A stretch of 32,000 bases of DNA from Amoeboradix gromovi X-113. Its lineage: Eukaryota; Fungi; Sanchytriomycota. Position numbers and translations under genes: made by a program. Shown one piece after another: positions 1 through 10,636 of this stretch. Under the pieces are notes generated by a model. That model had not been told where the DNA came from and ran no database searches. It was given only the letters and a program-made list of their open reading frames with translations. The first letter of the stretch is position 1, and each line of letters starts with the position of its first letter. The stretch lies in NCBI GenBank assembly GCA_018985225.1, contig JADGIF010000011.1, forward strand, positions 1-32,000, read 5' to 3'.

Positions 1-300
1 TTAAAGGTGAGTTCTTCGATATGTGCAGGGATATGGGTATACTCCAGGAATACACAGCACCATACTCACCAGGGATCAATCAAGTAGAGAGAGCGCATGG
101 ACACTGATAAACAAGCTCAAGCATTCAGGTATTCCTGACAAAAGCCGTGGACATAGTGTCTACATGTTTCATGTTTATCACAAAATCTTGTTGAGCACAG
201 TACGCTGGGATACGTACCCTTCACACTATTATTTGCCAAAGATGTAGACATACCAAAGAACAAGAAACAGACACAGCGGATATCTTTAAGCTTAGAGACA
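1..300 (+). mobile_element. Ty3/Gypsy LTR-retrotransposon relic, integrase core C-terminal part (upstream copy, runs off window edge)
   Basis: Frameshifted reading ..KGEFFDMCRDMGILQEYTAPYSPGINQVERAHG..HSTLGYVPFTLLF resembles the rve tail (TAPYxP..N..ER; HSTTGxTPF). 1-126 matches 4207-4332 with 1 mismatch. Confidence 0.8.
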
Positions 301-849
301 TTGCGAGGAAGCAAGCACTTCTGAAGAGGAAGAGATGAGAAGACTAGATAAAAGATGCAAGATTAAACTAAGACACCTAAAAACATTAAAAGATGATCTT
401 AAATTCGACTCAAGATCACTCGAATCTTCCGTTAAACAGAGCAAAATCCTCAGAAAACCCTACTTTCTTTCATTACTGGAGCAATAATACCTTATTTTAT
501 TAAATCAAAGCTTCTAATTCTTGTTTTACGAAAATAAAATAACCAAAAATCAAAACTGCCAAAATACAGTTTTTCCAACTCCAATGCCCTTTTTGGATGC
601 TATTGCTTCGTAGGATCACCGCAAGTGCCAGCTCTAGAACTCCAGGCAAACCTTGTGAAAGAAAAGGACCAGCGAAAAATTGCTGGAACACCAAATATTC
701 TCAAATGGGAACAGTTAGTAGATAGTTTTCTATTCATAGGGTGATATTCCTGCAAGAGCACTTGAAATAAAGCACTTCCAAATATGGGTAAGCAAACATA
801 AAAAATTCATAAAAGCAATAAATATGATTTTTTGCGGCTATGTAAATCC

Positions 850-3800
850 AAATTCAACAAGAAGAGATTATTGGGAACGCAGTAGGCGCTAGTTCTTCTG
901 AATACGAGATTGCGTGGGGGGGTACACATTCAAGAGCAACTCTAAGACAAAACAAACGAGTACAAAAGGCAATCAAGAGGTGTGAAGCAGTATCAGAGCA
1001 CTGATTGCATCATAAACATTTAAGCAGTACTAGAAGTTTTGGCAGAAAATGAAGTGGAAGAATACAAAAATGAAATGGATTGCATGACCCTTGAAGTGGG
1101 TCGAACATTAACTAGATCGAGGGTGAGGGAGCCGATCTCTTCAAGGTTGAAGGGATCAACAAACTTGTCATGCAACGAGTGCGGTATGATGACCGGTTGC
1201 AGCACTACCTCATGTATGAGGTGAAGTGGAGTCGTTATGGAAAGCCAAGACTGGAACTAGTAGAGCAACCGTTGGAAAATGTGTCTGTAGAGTCTTTTTG
1301 ACAAAAGGTGAGATCATTCGGTGCTCAATGTTTGGTTGACTTCAACTACTCAAGTGCGACACAAGACTCCAGATTAATTATAGCCAGACGGCTAAAAAGT
1401 ATCTTTCTCGTGCAACTATGTACCAAACGTGAGAGGAATGTTGAGGACAGCACCTGATTGGCGAATAAAAAGCGTTATCGAATATATATGGGAGATTTAC
1501 CATGTTCAGAGCCGCATGTATACGCTTGGTCTAAGATATTACACCGAGTCATGAAGCAGCTCATCAATATAGCTCCGCCAATGAGAGCAAATTGTTGGCT
1601 ATAAAATAGAGAGACTCCCTCAATAAACAACCTATGGCTTCTAACGCAAGTTCATGGCATTCCAACCAAATTAATACAGATCCGACTGAGGATCATAACA
1701 GCAAGCAAATGCTGGAACAAAAGCATACCAGCAACAATTAGTAGCAATGCAGATACGAATTGTATCTCACTCAGGTGTGCTGAGCAAGCTGGCGTGAAGA
1801 AAATGCAAAAGCTCAAGGCAACTGAGGTATTATTCGCTGGAAACAACTAAGTGGAGCTGCTTTGAATGGTGAGTATACTAATGAAGCTCCATAAGCATAC
1901 GAAAGGAATTCAAGTCAAGTTCCTAGTGTTCAAGGAGCTAGTGCTAGAATTCTTGTTGGGTATAGACGGTCAATGGCCAGTTGAAAATTCGATTGGACAG
2001 AGAGCAAGATCTGGTATGCCAATCTCATTGAGCTGCATCAAAATGGAAGCTCTGGTTAATTTGGGTGCAGTTCATCTGAATGATGCATTTTAGGAGAAAC
2101 TGGACAGCTTGAAAGCTAGTAAAAGATTTACTATTCATACTCTTCAGACATCGAGCTACACCCACTTGTCGCAAGGACTTCCATGAGCTTTGAAACCTTG
2201 GAAGGATCAGCTCGAGAGGTCAATGTTGAGCCTTTGTCTAATACTGATAAAGACAAAATCAACAAGTTAATATACCAGCATGGATATGTTTGGTTATTTT
2301 GAGAATGAAGAACAAGGTGCTTCTACAGCTACGGCTACAGCTCTTGCGCATCAGATTGTGACTGATGGTACAGTAGTTTGATGTAAGCCCTGTCGGTTGA
2401 GTATGGCACAGAGATGGGTGCTGAGGAAGAAATCGACAATATGCACTCACCTGGTGTTATCAGAGCGAGCCAGTCTGGATATGCTAGTATTCAAACCTGA
2501 TAAGGGCCGGAGATTCTGCGTGGACTATCTTAAACTCAACCAGCACTCCAAGTCTGACAAGTATCAGTTATCAAACATAGAGGAGTGTCTGTCGAAGATG
2601 AAAGGTGCCAAGTAGTTTGCAAAGCTAAGCCTGGTAACAGGATACTGGCAAATACGGAAGACTGCACCTACAACACTCCAAAGAGTAATGGATAGACTAG
2701 CTGGTTACATGTCTACCGTGCTAATATATCTTGATGATATACTCATCTGTGCAAGTAGCATAGAGAAACTACCTATAGTCATGAGCAGTGTATTAATGAA
2801 GCTCACAAGTGCAACTCTCAAGATGAGAACAAAGAATTGCAGCATCGGAATGCAACGCATAACTATCTTGGCTATGTTTTCAGTAATAAGGCTATCTAAG
2901 TGGACCATACCAAGGTGAGTGCAATCAAAGATATGCGACCACTAACTACTGTGTGCGATGCCAGAATATTCCTTGGCACTGCATCAAACTATGTCAACTT
3001 TGCATATCATTTTTCGCGTATTGCCAATCCGTTGTTCAAGCTGATATCGAAGAGTGCAAGGTTCCAATGTACTGGTTCATCTCAAGAAGCATTTCAAAGG
3101 CTGAAGAGTTCTTTGTGTGAGACTCCGGTAGTGAGGCATCCAGAATGTAGTGAGCCATTTGCAATCTTTACTGACACCAGAAGCTGTGGTGTCGATACGG
3201 TGATAACACATGATGGACAGCCAGTGTGGTTCTCATCAAGGACACGACCACCTGCAGAAGCCAAGTACGATACTCTTGAGAAAGAGTGCATTGTTGTTTT
3301 GTACGGCCTTGACAAATTCAAACCATATTTCTATGGTGGACCAGTGACTGTTTTCACAGATCATGGCAATCAACGATGGCTTATGGAGCACTAGCAGAAA
3401 GGAAGGCTGTCTTGATGGCAATTGTTCCTGCAACAGTTCGACTTCCAACTATCGTATGTTAAGGGTAAGAACATGCCAGTAGCAGACTGTATAAGTAGCA
3501 ATCTAGCTACTGAAGACAATAGTGCTATAAGAGCAGGAGCTATTGCAACTGACAAAGATTCCACTACAAACTCAAATACTACTGATTAAGAAGACAAAGG
3601 TAGAAGTGGTGATAAGCAAGCCACTGGTTTTTGAGAAATCTGCTGGAACATGCATCAAACAAAGGATCCGTGCATAAATCAGATACTTCAAGAAATGAAG
3701 GGGGATTTTGCGGTAATCTATGGACTGGTATGTATACTAGTTCTTGATACTGAGAGAACAAAGCTAGCTGTTCCTAGTCATTTGGTGATATTAGTGATCA

Positions 3801-4332
3801 GAAAAGCACATGACAGTGAGCTAGTAGCTCATGGTGGCATCCAAAAGACCTGCCATAATCTGCGAAGCTACTCATTTCCATCGTATAGGAAGACCATTCA
3901 GTAGTATTGTAAAGAGTGCATACCCTGCGTTAGTGCCGAAGGGTTTGGCAAGAGCACAGTGAGCTGTCTACAAAAGCACCACCAGATATACTAGAGCGTG
4001 TTTATATGGATGTGGTAGTAAAACTACCAAATAACACTAGCAGTTATGGTAATGATGCCAGATATATTCTGATAATTATGGATGATGGTAGCCGTTCTCT
4101 TAAAACAGCATCTATACGGAACCGTAAGCGTGAAAGCATCATCAAAGAGAATAAGGTAGGTGCATTTGGTTTACCGCATATTATACTTACTGAGAACAAT
4201 CAGCAATTAAAGGTGAGTTCTTCGATATGTGCAGGGATATGGGTATACTCCAGGAATACACAGCACCATACTCACCAGGGATCAATCCAGTAGAGAGAGC
4301 GCATGGACACTGATAAACAAGCTCAAGCATTC
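850..4332 (+). mobile_element. Degenerate Ty3/Gypsy retrotransposon (gag?-protease-RT-RNaseH-integrase) with many stops and frameshifts
   Basis: Protease-like ATISSNADTNCIS (~1730) and FLLGID (~1950); RT RFCVDYLKLN, GYWQI and YLDDILI (~2510-2750); RNase H FTDT..AEAKYDTLEKEC..VFTDH (ORF 2900-3394); integrase HHCC AHD..AHGG..CKECIPC (~3805-3927) and core. The RT-RH-IN order is Gypsy-type. Left boundary approximate; no LTR recognised. Confidence 0.9.
4207..4332 (+). repeat. Direct repeat of 1-126 (integrase core)
   Basis: 126 nt with a single mismatch (caag vs ccag). Confidence 0.95.
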
Positions 4333-4519
4333 TCTCCATTTTATAGCCAACAATTTGCTCTCATTGGCGGAGCTATATTGATGAGCTGCTTCATGACTCG
4401 GTGTAATATCTTAGACCAAGCGTATACATGCGGCTCTGAACATGGTAAATCTCCCATATATATTCGATAACGCTTTTTATTCGCCAATCAGAAGGTGCTG
4501 TCCTCAACATTCCTCTCAC
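4331..4519 (-). repeat. Inverted duplicate of 1429-1614 (gag-side Gypsy segment)
   Basis: Reverse complement of 1429-1614 with about 1 substitution and a 3-nt indel; fused directly to the truncated integrase. Confidence 0.93.
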
Positions 4520-5466
4520 TTGGGTTGAAAATAAAGTCGTACTAGAAGCTTTTAATGCAAAAGCTATAACACTTGCTTCTGGATACAAAGCTGGTTGAAT
4601 CTTGAAATCGCTATCCAATATGGTAAGTATACTAATTTAGTATACGCAAATACCAAATTACGCTTAAATATAAGTAAGAGCATTACCGGCAACATGTTAT
4701 TTTTCCACGTGTGCCATATATCGCTTGATATTACTTTACGATTGTCTTTGGCGACTATTTACAATGATGATAAAAATTTGTCGATATTGTCGTGTGGAAA
4801 CTTCTTGTGAAGTTATTTCGTAAAACCAGCCCATTAGGGCTATTCTGTACCAAGCAATTTTTTCCGCAGTCAAGCATGGCATTACATCCATTTTGTTAAA
4901 CAACTTTGCTATCCCGATTAGAGACTAAAGTAAGCGGTATACACATCGGAAACGGCTGAAATTTTCAGATACAACATTATTCTTCAATATTGATGGCAGA
5001 AACAGCATAAAACTTGTCAGTTTGTAGATCAGCTTTTAGTTATGTATTTCTGGTGTCTATTAATTGAACTTTGCAAGAAGGATTATACATAGAATCTAGG
5101 GATGAAAGATCGCAAGATCAAGTGATGTGGTAAACAACTATTAATTTATGTTTGAAACCAACTCGAAGGTGTAACAATGGCTACGTGTGTCAGTTTTGCT
5201 ATTGTCGTATTATCAGTGATTCTAGGTAAACAAACGAGTTTCATTTTGGCCTATAAAACATCCATAGGAATTAGCTAAGTGTCATATTTCAAATATTTAG
5301 TGAAATCTGTAGCTTATACGACATTACTCAACTTCTATGCATGAAAAAGTTATTTTCCTACCTCGTGATCTGCATCAAGCGGCGTGAATCTACGTTCCAG
5401 TTATCCTGTTATCCATTTCATGATAACTGGACATGACGCAATACACATCGGATATCTGAAACCGTT

Positions 5467-8400
5467 ATGTCTACCGATCCCGCAGTCGTTAACCATGAGT
5501 TGGAACCCTTGCAAGGCAAATCCACCAAGAAGAATGAGACTAACAAAGTTCCATTCACTTTAACTGATATATTTAAAAAGTATTCTACTAAGCCTGAACT
5601 TGTCTTAATGCTAATTGGTTTTATTAGTGCTATTGGATTTGGTAGTTCTTTGCCTGTTCAAACATTATTCTTTGGTCAAGTTATTGATAGTTTCAATAAG
5701 TATGATTTTACTGTTAATCACCCAGAGTATTTTCCCGGTCAAAACTACGAGCAACTGAAATTAAATGCTAAGGAGAATGTTCAGTCTCAAGTGTTAAATA
5801 TTGTTTATAGTTTTATAGTATTAGCTGTAGTGGCATTTATTTGTGCATATTTGCTACAATCATTGTGGTGCTATACCGGTGCTATGCAAAGTCGTAGAAT
5901 CAGATTAAAGTTCTTCCATTCAATGCTTAAGCAGCCGGTAGAATGGCATGATCAAAAGAAGCCCGGAGAACTTACTACTCATCTAGTGACCTCAATGTCG
6001 ATGATCCAAGATGGTATAAGTGAGAAGTTTGTCAATGTTTTCAATTATTTAGCTTCTTTTGTAGCAGGATTTATTATTGCGTTTGTTAAGTCATGGAAAA
6101 TGACTCTTGTTTTGTTATCAGTCTTCCCCATTCTAGTATTTGTGAGCTCTATATTTGCTAAAATTATTAGTAACAGCACTGACTCAAGTCAACATGACTA
6201 TGCAGAGGCTGGAGGTATTGCTCAAGAGTGCCTTTCTAATGTTCGTGTTATAACTGCATACAATGCTCAGACATTCTATTATAACAAATTCAACAATTTC
6301 TTGCTAAGCTCTTTAAAAACAGGGAAATCCAAGGCTATTAAGGTTGCTTTGGCACTTAGTACGGTGTTCTTCTTTATATTTGCTAATTATGGGCTTGGTT
6401 TTTGGTACGGTTCCACTTTGGTTGTTAGTGGCGAGCTAACTGGTGGAACTGTATTAAATGTATTTTTTGCAGTAATGTTTGGCGCCTTTGTTCTTGGGAA
6501 TATCGCGCCTGCAGCGAGTGCTATAAGTAGTGGTAACGGTGCATGGGCCTTTGCTAGCAAAGTGATTGAAACGGCTCCAGAGCCTGTTACTGGTACTACA
6601 ACCGAGTTAAACGGCCAGATTGTATTTAAGGACGTCGATTTTACATATCCAAACACAAGCAAGCTGATTTTAGACAAATTCAACTTGACTATTACGTATG
6701 GCAGTAAAACAGCACTTGTGGGTAGTAGTGGTAGTGGAAAGTCCACTGTGATTCAGCTTATTTTAAAGTTTTACAAACCTACTTCTGGTACAATCACAGT
6801 CAATGGCGTTGATTTACAAGATTTAGATACAAAATGGTGGAGAGACAACATTGGACTTGTCAGTCAAGAACCTATGCTGTTCGATACTACAATTGCGGAG
6901 AATATACTCTTTGGTTTGGTGGATTTCAGTAGCGATGTGAACTCAAATATGAACAAAATTGAGGAGTGCAGTAAGATGGCGCTAGCACATGATTTTATTC
7001 AACAGTTCCCTGATAAATACTTGACTCCAGTAGGTGAAAAAGGCGGGCAGTTAAGTGGAGGACAGAAGCAGCGTATAGCTATAGCAAGATCAATGATTAA
7101 GAATCCTAGTATATTACTACTAGATGAAGCAACTAGCGCGTTGGATTCGACTAGTGAGAGAGTTGTGCAAGAAGCGCTAGACACTGCCAGTGCAAATAGA
7201 ACCACAGTAGCAATAGCTCATAGATTAAGTACTATTAAAGATGCAGATAAGATTATAGTAATGGGAAAGGGATCCGTGTTGGAACAAGGAAATTATAATG
7301 AGCTACTACAAGTACAAGGGGAGTTCTACAAACTAGTGCAGGCACAAGGACTGAGGGGAGATACGGTTGAGAAAGAAGAACCAGCCGATTTGAAGGTTAA
7401 GGAAGAGCAAATCAATGTCGCAGCAAAAGAAGTACTAGCAGAGAGCATTCCGATTAATAAATGGCCTTTGATGCGATTATTTAAACTGCAAAAGGCTGAG
7501 ATTCCTCTGTTGGTTTTGGGATCCATAGGTGCAATATTAAATGGGGCGTTGTTTCCAGTTTTTAATTTATTCTTCTCGCAGATTTTAAGTGTTTTTGCAA
7601 AACCCCAGTCAGAAATTCAGGAGCAAGCTAATTTTTGGAGTATAATGTTCATTGTTTTAGCAGTTGTAGCATTTTTAGCCAATTTTTCACAAAACGCCTG
7701 TTTTACACTTAGTGGCGAACGACTGACATTTAGAATCAGACAGTCGCTTTTTAAGCTATATATGCAACAAGACATAGCTTATTTCGATGACCCTGTACAT
7801 AGCAGTGGTGCATTAAGCACAAGTATAGCTGAAGATGCTGAAAAGATCAAAGGTTTAACGGGTGAGTTGATGGGCATTATACTGCAGTTTACAAGTACCG
7901 TAGTGTGTGGTTTAGGTATCGGGTTTTACCATAATGCCGAATTAACTGCTTTGATTCTGATCGTGATGCCTTTTGCTGCTGCTCAAGGGTTTATGGAAAT
8001 TAAAGTCTTGGAAGGCTTCAACAAGCAGCAAAAGATCTTCTATGCCAGCGCCTCGACTATCGCTACTGATGCATTGGGTAACATAAGAACAGTGTTGAGT
8101 CTAAATCGTCAAAATGAATTCTTGTCCATGTATGGTAAGAGAACCGAGCTACCTCATAACATGGCTGTCAAAGGTGGGTTCACAACTGCGCTATTATACG
8201 CATTCTCCCAGGCAAGCACCTATTTAGTTATGGCATATGCTTTTTGGATTGGAAGTGTTTGGCTAATCAATGATAGAATTAGTAGCAAGGACATGTTTGT
8301 TGTTATTTTCAGTATCATATTTAGTGCCATGGGACTTGGGCAGGTGCTCAGTCAAGCAAAGAACATATTTAAAGCCGCATCTGCTGCTAAAAGCTATTTT

Positions 8401-9192
8401 GAGCTGATGGATAGGGTTCCTCCTATTAAATACGACGATAACGGTGATAAGCCAGTCGATATACAAGGGAAAATAGCGTTGCAGCATGTCGAATTTAGAT
8501 ATCCTCAGAGAATGAACTCTTTGGTTATAAACAACATTGACTATGTATTTGAACCTGGTAAAACAACAGCTCTTGTAGGTAGTAGTGGGAGTGGAAAATC
8601 AACTGTAATTCAGCTTCTTGAGCGATTCTACGATCCATTAAAAGGCAATATAACAAATGAAAATATAAATGAGAAGGACTGGAATTTGAAGTTTTTGAGA
8701 GACCAAATTGCAATTGTGAGTCAGGACCCAGTGTTATTTAGAGGCACAATTTATGAGAATATTGGATTTGGTGCGTTGGAGTTGAACAAGGAAAGAGCTG
8801 TGGAATGTGCTAAGATGGCTAATATCCACTCGTTTATTGACGGGTTGCCTGAGAAATACGACTCCTTGATAAATAACACAACTGCCAGTGGTGGCCAAAA
8901 ACAAAGAATTGTAATCGCCAGAGCTTTGTATAAAAATCCAAAATATTTGTTATTGGATGAAGCAACAAGTGCGTTGGACACTGAGAGCGAAAGAATAGTT
9001 CAAGAAGCACTAGATGTGGCTAGTAAGGACAGAACTACAATAGTAATAGCACATAGATTGAGTACAATTCAAAATGCGCACAAAATTATAGTCATGGCAC
9101 AGGGAGAGATTATCGAAATTGGAACTCATGATGAATTATATCGCAAAGGAGGAGTCTATACGACGCTAGTGAATCAGCAAAAGTTGGAATAA
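5467..9192 (+). CDS. MDR1: Full-length ABCB/MDR1 (P-glycoprotein-like) transporter, TMD-NBD-TMD-NBD, 1241 aa, intronless
   Basis: Two Walker A motifs GSSGSGKS, signatures LSGGQKQR and ASGGQKQR, LLLDEATSALD, IAHRLSTI, two hydrophobic TMDs. Confidence 0.97.
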   Translation: MSTDPAVVNHELEPLQGKSTKKNETNKVPFTLTDIFKKYSTKPELVLMLIGFISAIGFGSSLPVQTLFFGQVIDSFNKYDFTVNHPEYFPGQNYEQLKLNAKENVQSQVLNIVYSFIVLAVVAFICAYLLQSLWCYTGAMQSRRIRLKFFHSMLKQPVEWHDQKKPGELTTHLVTSMSMIQDGISEKFVNVFNYLASFVAGFIIAFVKSWKMTLVLLSVFPILVFVSSIFAKIISNSTDSSQHDYAEAGGIAQECLSNVRVITAYNAQTFYYNKFNNFLLSSLKTGKSKAIKVALALSTVFFFIFANYGLGFWYGSTLVVSGELTGGTVLNVFFAVMFGAFVLGNIAPAASAISSGNGAWAFASKVIETAPEPVTGTTTELNGQIVFKDVDFTYPNTSKLILDKFNLTITYGSKTALVGSSGSGKSTVIQLILKFYKPTSGTITVNGVDLQDLDTKWWRDNIGLVSQEPMLFDTTIAENILFGLVDFSSDVNSNMNKIEECSKMALAHDFIQQFPDKYLTPVGEKGGQLSGGQKQRIAIARSMIKNPSILLLDEATSALDSTSERVVQEALDTASANRTTVAIAHRLSTIKDADKIIVMGKGSVLEQGNYNELLQVQGEFYKLVQAQGLRGDTVEKEEPADLKVKEEQINVAAKEVLAESIPINKWPLMRLFKLQKAEIPLLVLGSIGAILNGALFPVFNLFFSQILSVFAKPQSEIQEQANFWSIMFIVLAVVAFLANFSQNACFTLSGERLTFRIRQSLFKLYMQQDIAYFDDPVHSSGALSTSIAEDAEKIKGLTGELMGIILQFTSTVVCGLGIGFYHNAELTALILIVMPFAAAQGFMEIKVLEGFNKQQKIFYASASTIATDALGNIRTVLSLNRQNEFLSMYGKRTELPHNMAVKGGFTTALLYAFSQASTYLVMAYAFWIGSVWLINDRISSKDMFVVIFSIIFSAMGLGQVLSQAKNIFKAASAAKSYFELMDRVPPIKYDDNGDKPVDIQGKIALQHVEFRYPQRMNSLVINNIDYVFEPGKTTALVGSSGSGKSTVIQLLERFYDPLKGNITNENINEKDWNLKFLRDQIAIVSQDPVLFRGTIYENIGFGALELNKERAVECAKMANIHSFIDGLPEKYDSLINNTTASGGQKQRIVIARALYKNPKYLLLDEATSALDTESERIVQEALDVASKDRTTIVIAHRLSTIQNAHKIIVMAQGEIIEIGTHDELYRKGGVYTTLVNQQKLE

Positions 9193-9280
9193 GTCGCCAA
9201 ATAAATATGTATTATTTCAACTCACTTATCATACTGCTCTGCAAACAAGACAAAGTTGAGAGTATAGAACTATTTATTGA

Positions 9281-10573
9281 TCATTTTTCATTTACCCGTT
9301 GAGCGTTTTGGTTTTTAAATAGCTGCGGCAAAATCTCAATTCCTGTTTGTTTACTCAAAGCTTGCATTAATGGTACAGTTGTTGTTGCTATGTCAACTAT
9401 AGGTTGCATAGTGTTTCCATTACCATTGTTCCACACAGATATCGTAGGATTTAATGATTTGATCGCGCTTGAGTTAATTTCAGCCAATTTAGTCAAGGTG
9501 CCTTTATTCAACATTTCATAGTACAGATAGTATTCTACATTGTTATTCAATGCTTTCAGCACAATTTCAATTGACTCGGCTTGTGCTTTGGCTAGTAAAA
9601 TTGCAGCCTCAGATTCTTTTTGTTTCTCATATAGATAAGTATCCACGGTTTTTATTTTGATTTCATTATCAACAACATTCTTTGAGAGCAACTTCGACTT
9701 GTATGATTCTATTTCAGTGAGAGCTGTCTTTTCATACAACTCGCGCTGAAGTTCCATGTTACGAATTTGAGTCTTCTTGTCTTTCTCAATCTGAGCCAAC
9801 TCCATGGTCAGCTGCAGTTTTGTACGCTCAATCTCCATATCTGCATTCTTAACATTTGCATTACGCACTACTTCTATTTCTTTGTCTTTTAAGACCTTTT
9901 TGGTCATTGTAGATTGGTCAATGTTGAACTGCTCTGTTTGATTATTTTGTTTAGCAAGTTCCTGCTGAGTGTGGTTATCCTTGATGTTACTTTGAATTGT
10001 ACCGCGAGCATTAGCTTCAGCAATGTCAATTTTAGCTTGATTTTGCGCTTCCACCTGAATCTTTTTACCGAGATAGGAGAAATACTCATGTCCTGGAGTG
10101 TCTTCCAACTGTTTAATGTTTGCGTTGTAAACAAATAAACCAAAATGTTTCAGTTCGAGTTGAATTTTATCAAAGATGTCAGATTTGAATTTCTTCGTTC
10201 CTTCAAAAATAGCCTCCATAGTCAATGCTGCGGCTAGAACTCTTGTCTCACCTTCAACAATACCTAAAATTATGGTTTTTAGATGTTCAAGGCCATTATT
10301 TTCTTCTGTGAGCAGCATTGCATAGCTATGCAGATCATTCAAGTCAAGGTTGGGACCTATGGTAAAAGTAGCGGGCAAATGAAATGGTAACTTTTCAATA
10401 CTCATGGCTTCAATCTTTAAATGGTAATTTTGTGGTTGAATTGAGAAATCTAACACTTTTTGACCCGGGAATACCCATGCTTTTCTGGTTAATTTTACAT
10501 CCTTAATTAACGCCCCTGTGATTGCCAAATAATTATTAGCTGAAGTAGACTTGTAATAAGGAAATAAAGCCAT
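9281..10573 (-). CDS. Flotillin-like SPFH/band-7 protein, 430 aa
   Basis: [60 protein letters not shown], followed by a coiled-coil. Confidence 0.92.
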   Translation of the reverse strand: [430 protein letters not shown]

Positions 10574-10636
10574 GTTTTAAAAATTATTATCGTTGAAACC
10601 AGTCTGGTCTTATAAAAAATGGTTTTATTAAGAACT

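Noticed and set aside
1-126. LTR pair (1-126 / 4207-4332)
   Set aside because: The repeat encodes integrase core and lacks TG..CA ends, so it is a duplication, not an LTR.
1869-1886. Intron-like GTGAGTATACTAATGAAG
   Set aside because: It lies in frame within the Gypsy protease-like coding region (MVSILMKL), so it is likely coincidental.
2480-4332. RIP-like hypermutation of the Gypsy relic
   Set aside because: Some stops fit C-to-T changes, but indels are abundant and duplicated segments remain near-identical; this cannot be supported without a consensus.
6387-8981. Antisense ORFs inside the ABC gene (and similar ones in RRP42, the kinase, ThrRS and SMC6)
   Set aside because: Shadow ORFs opposite strong genes, with no motifs.
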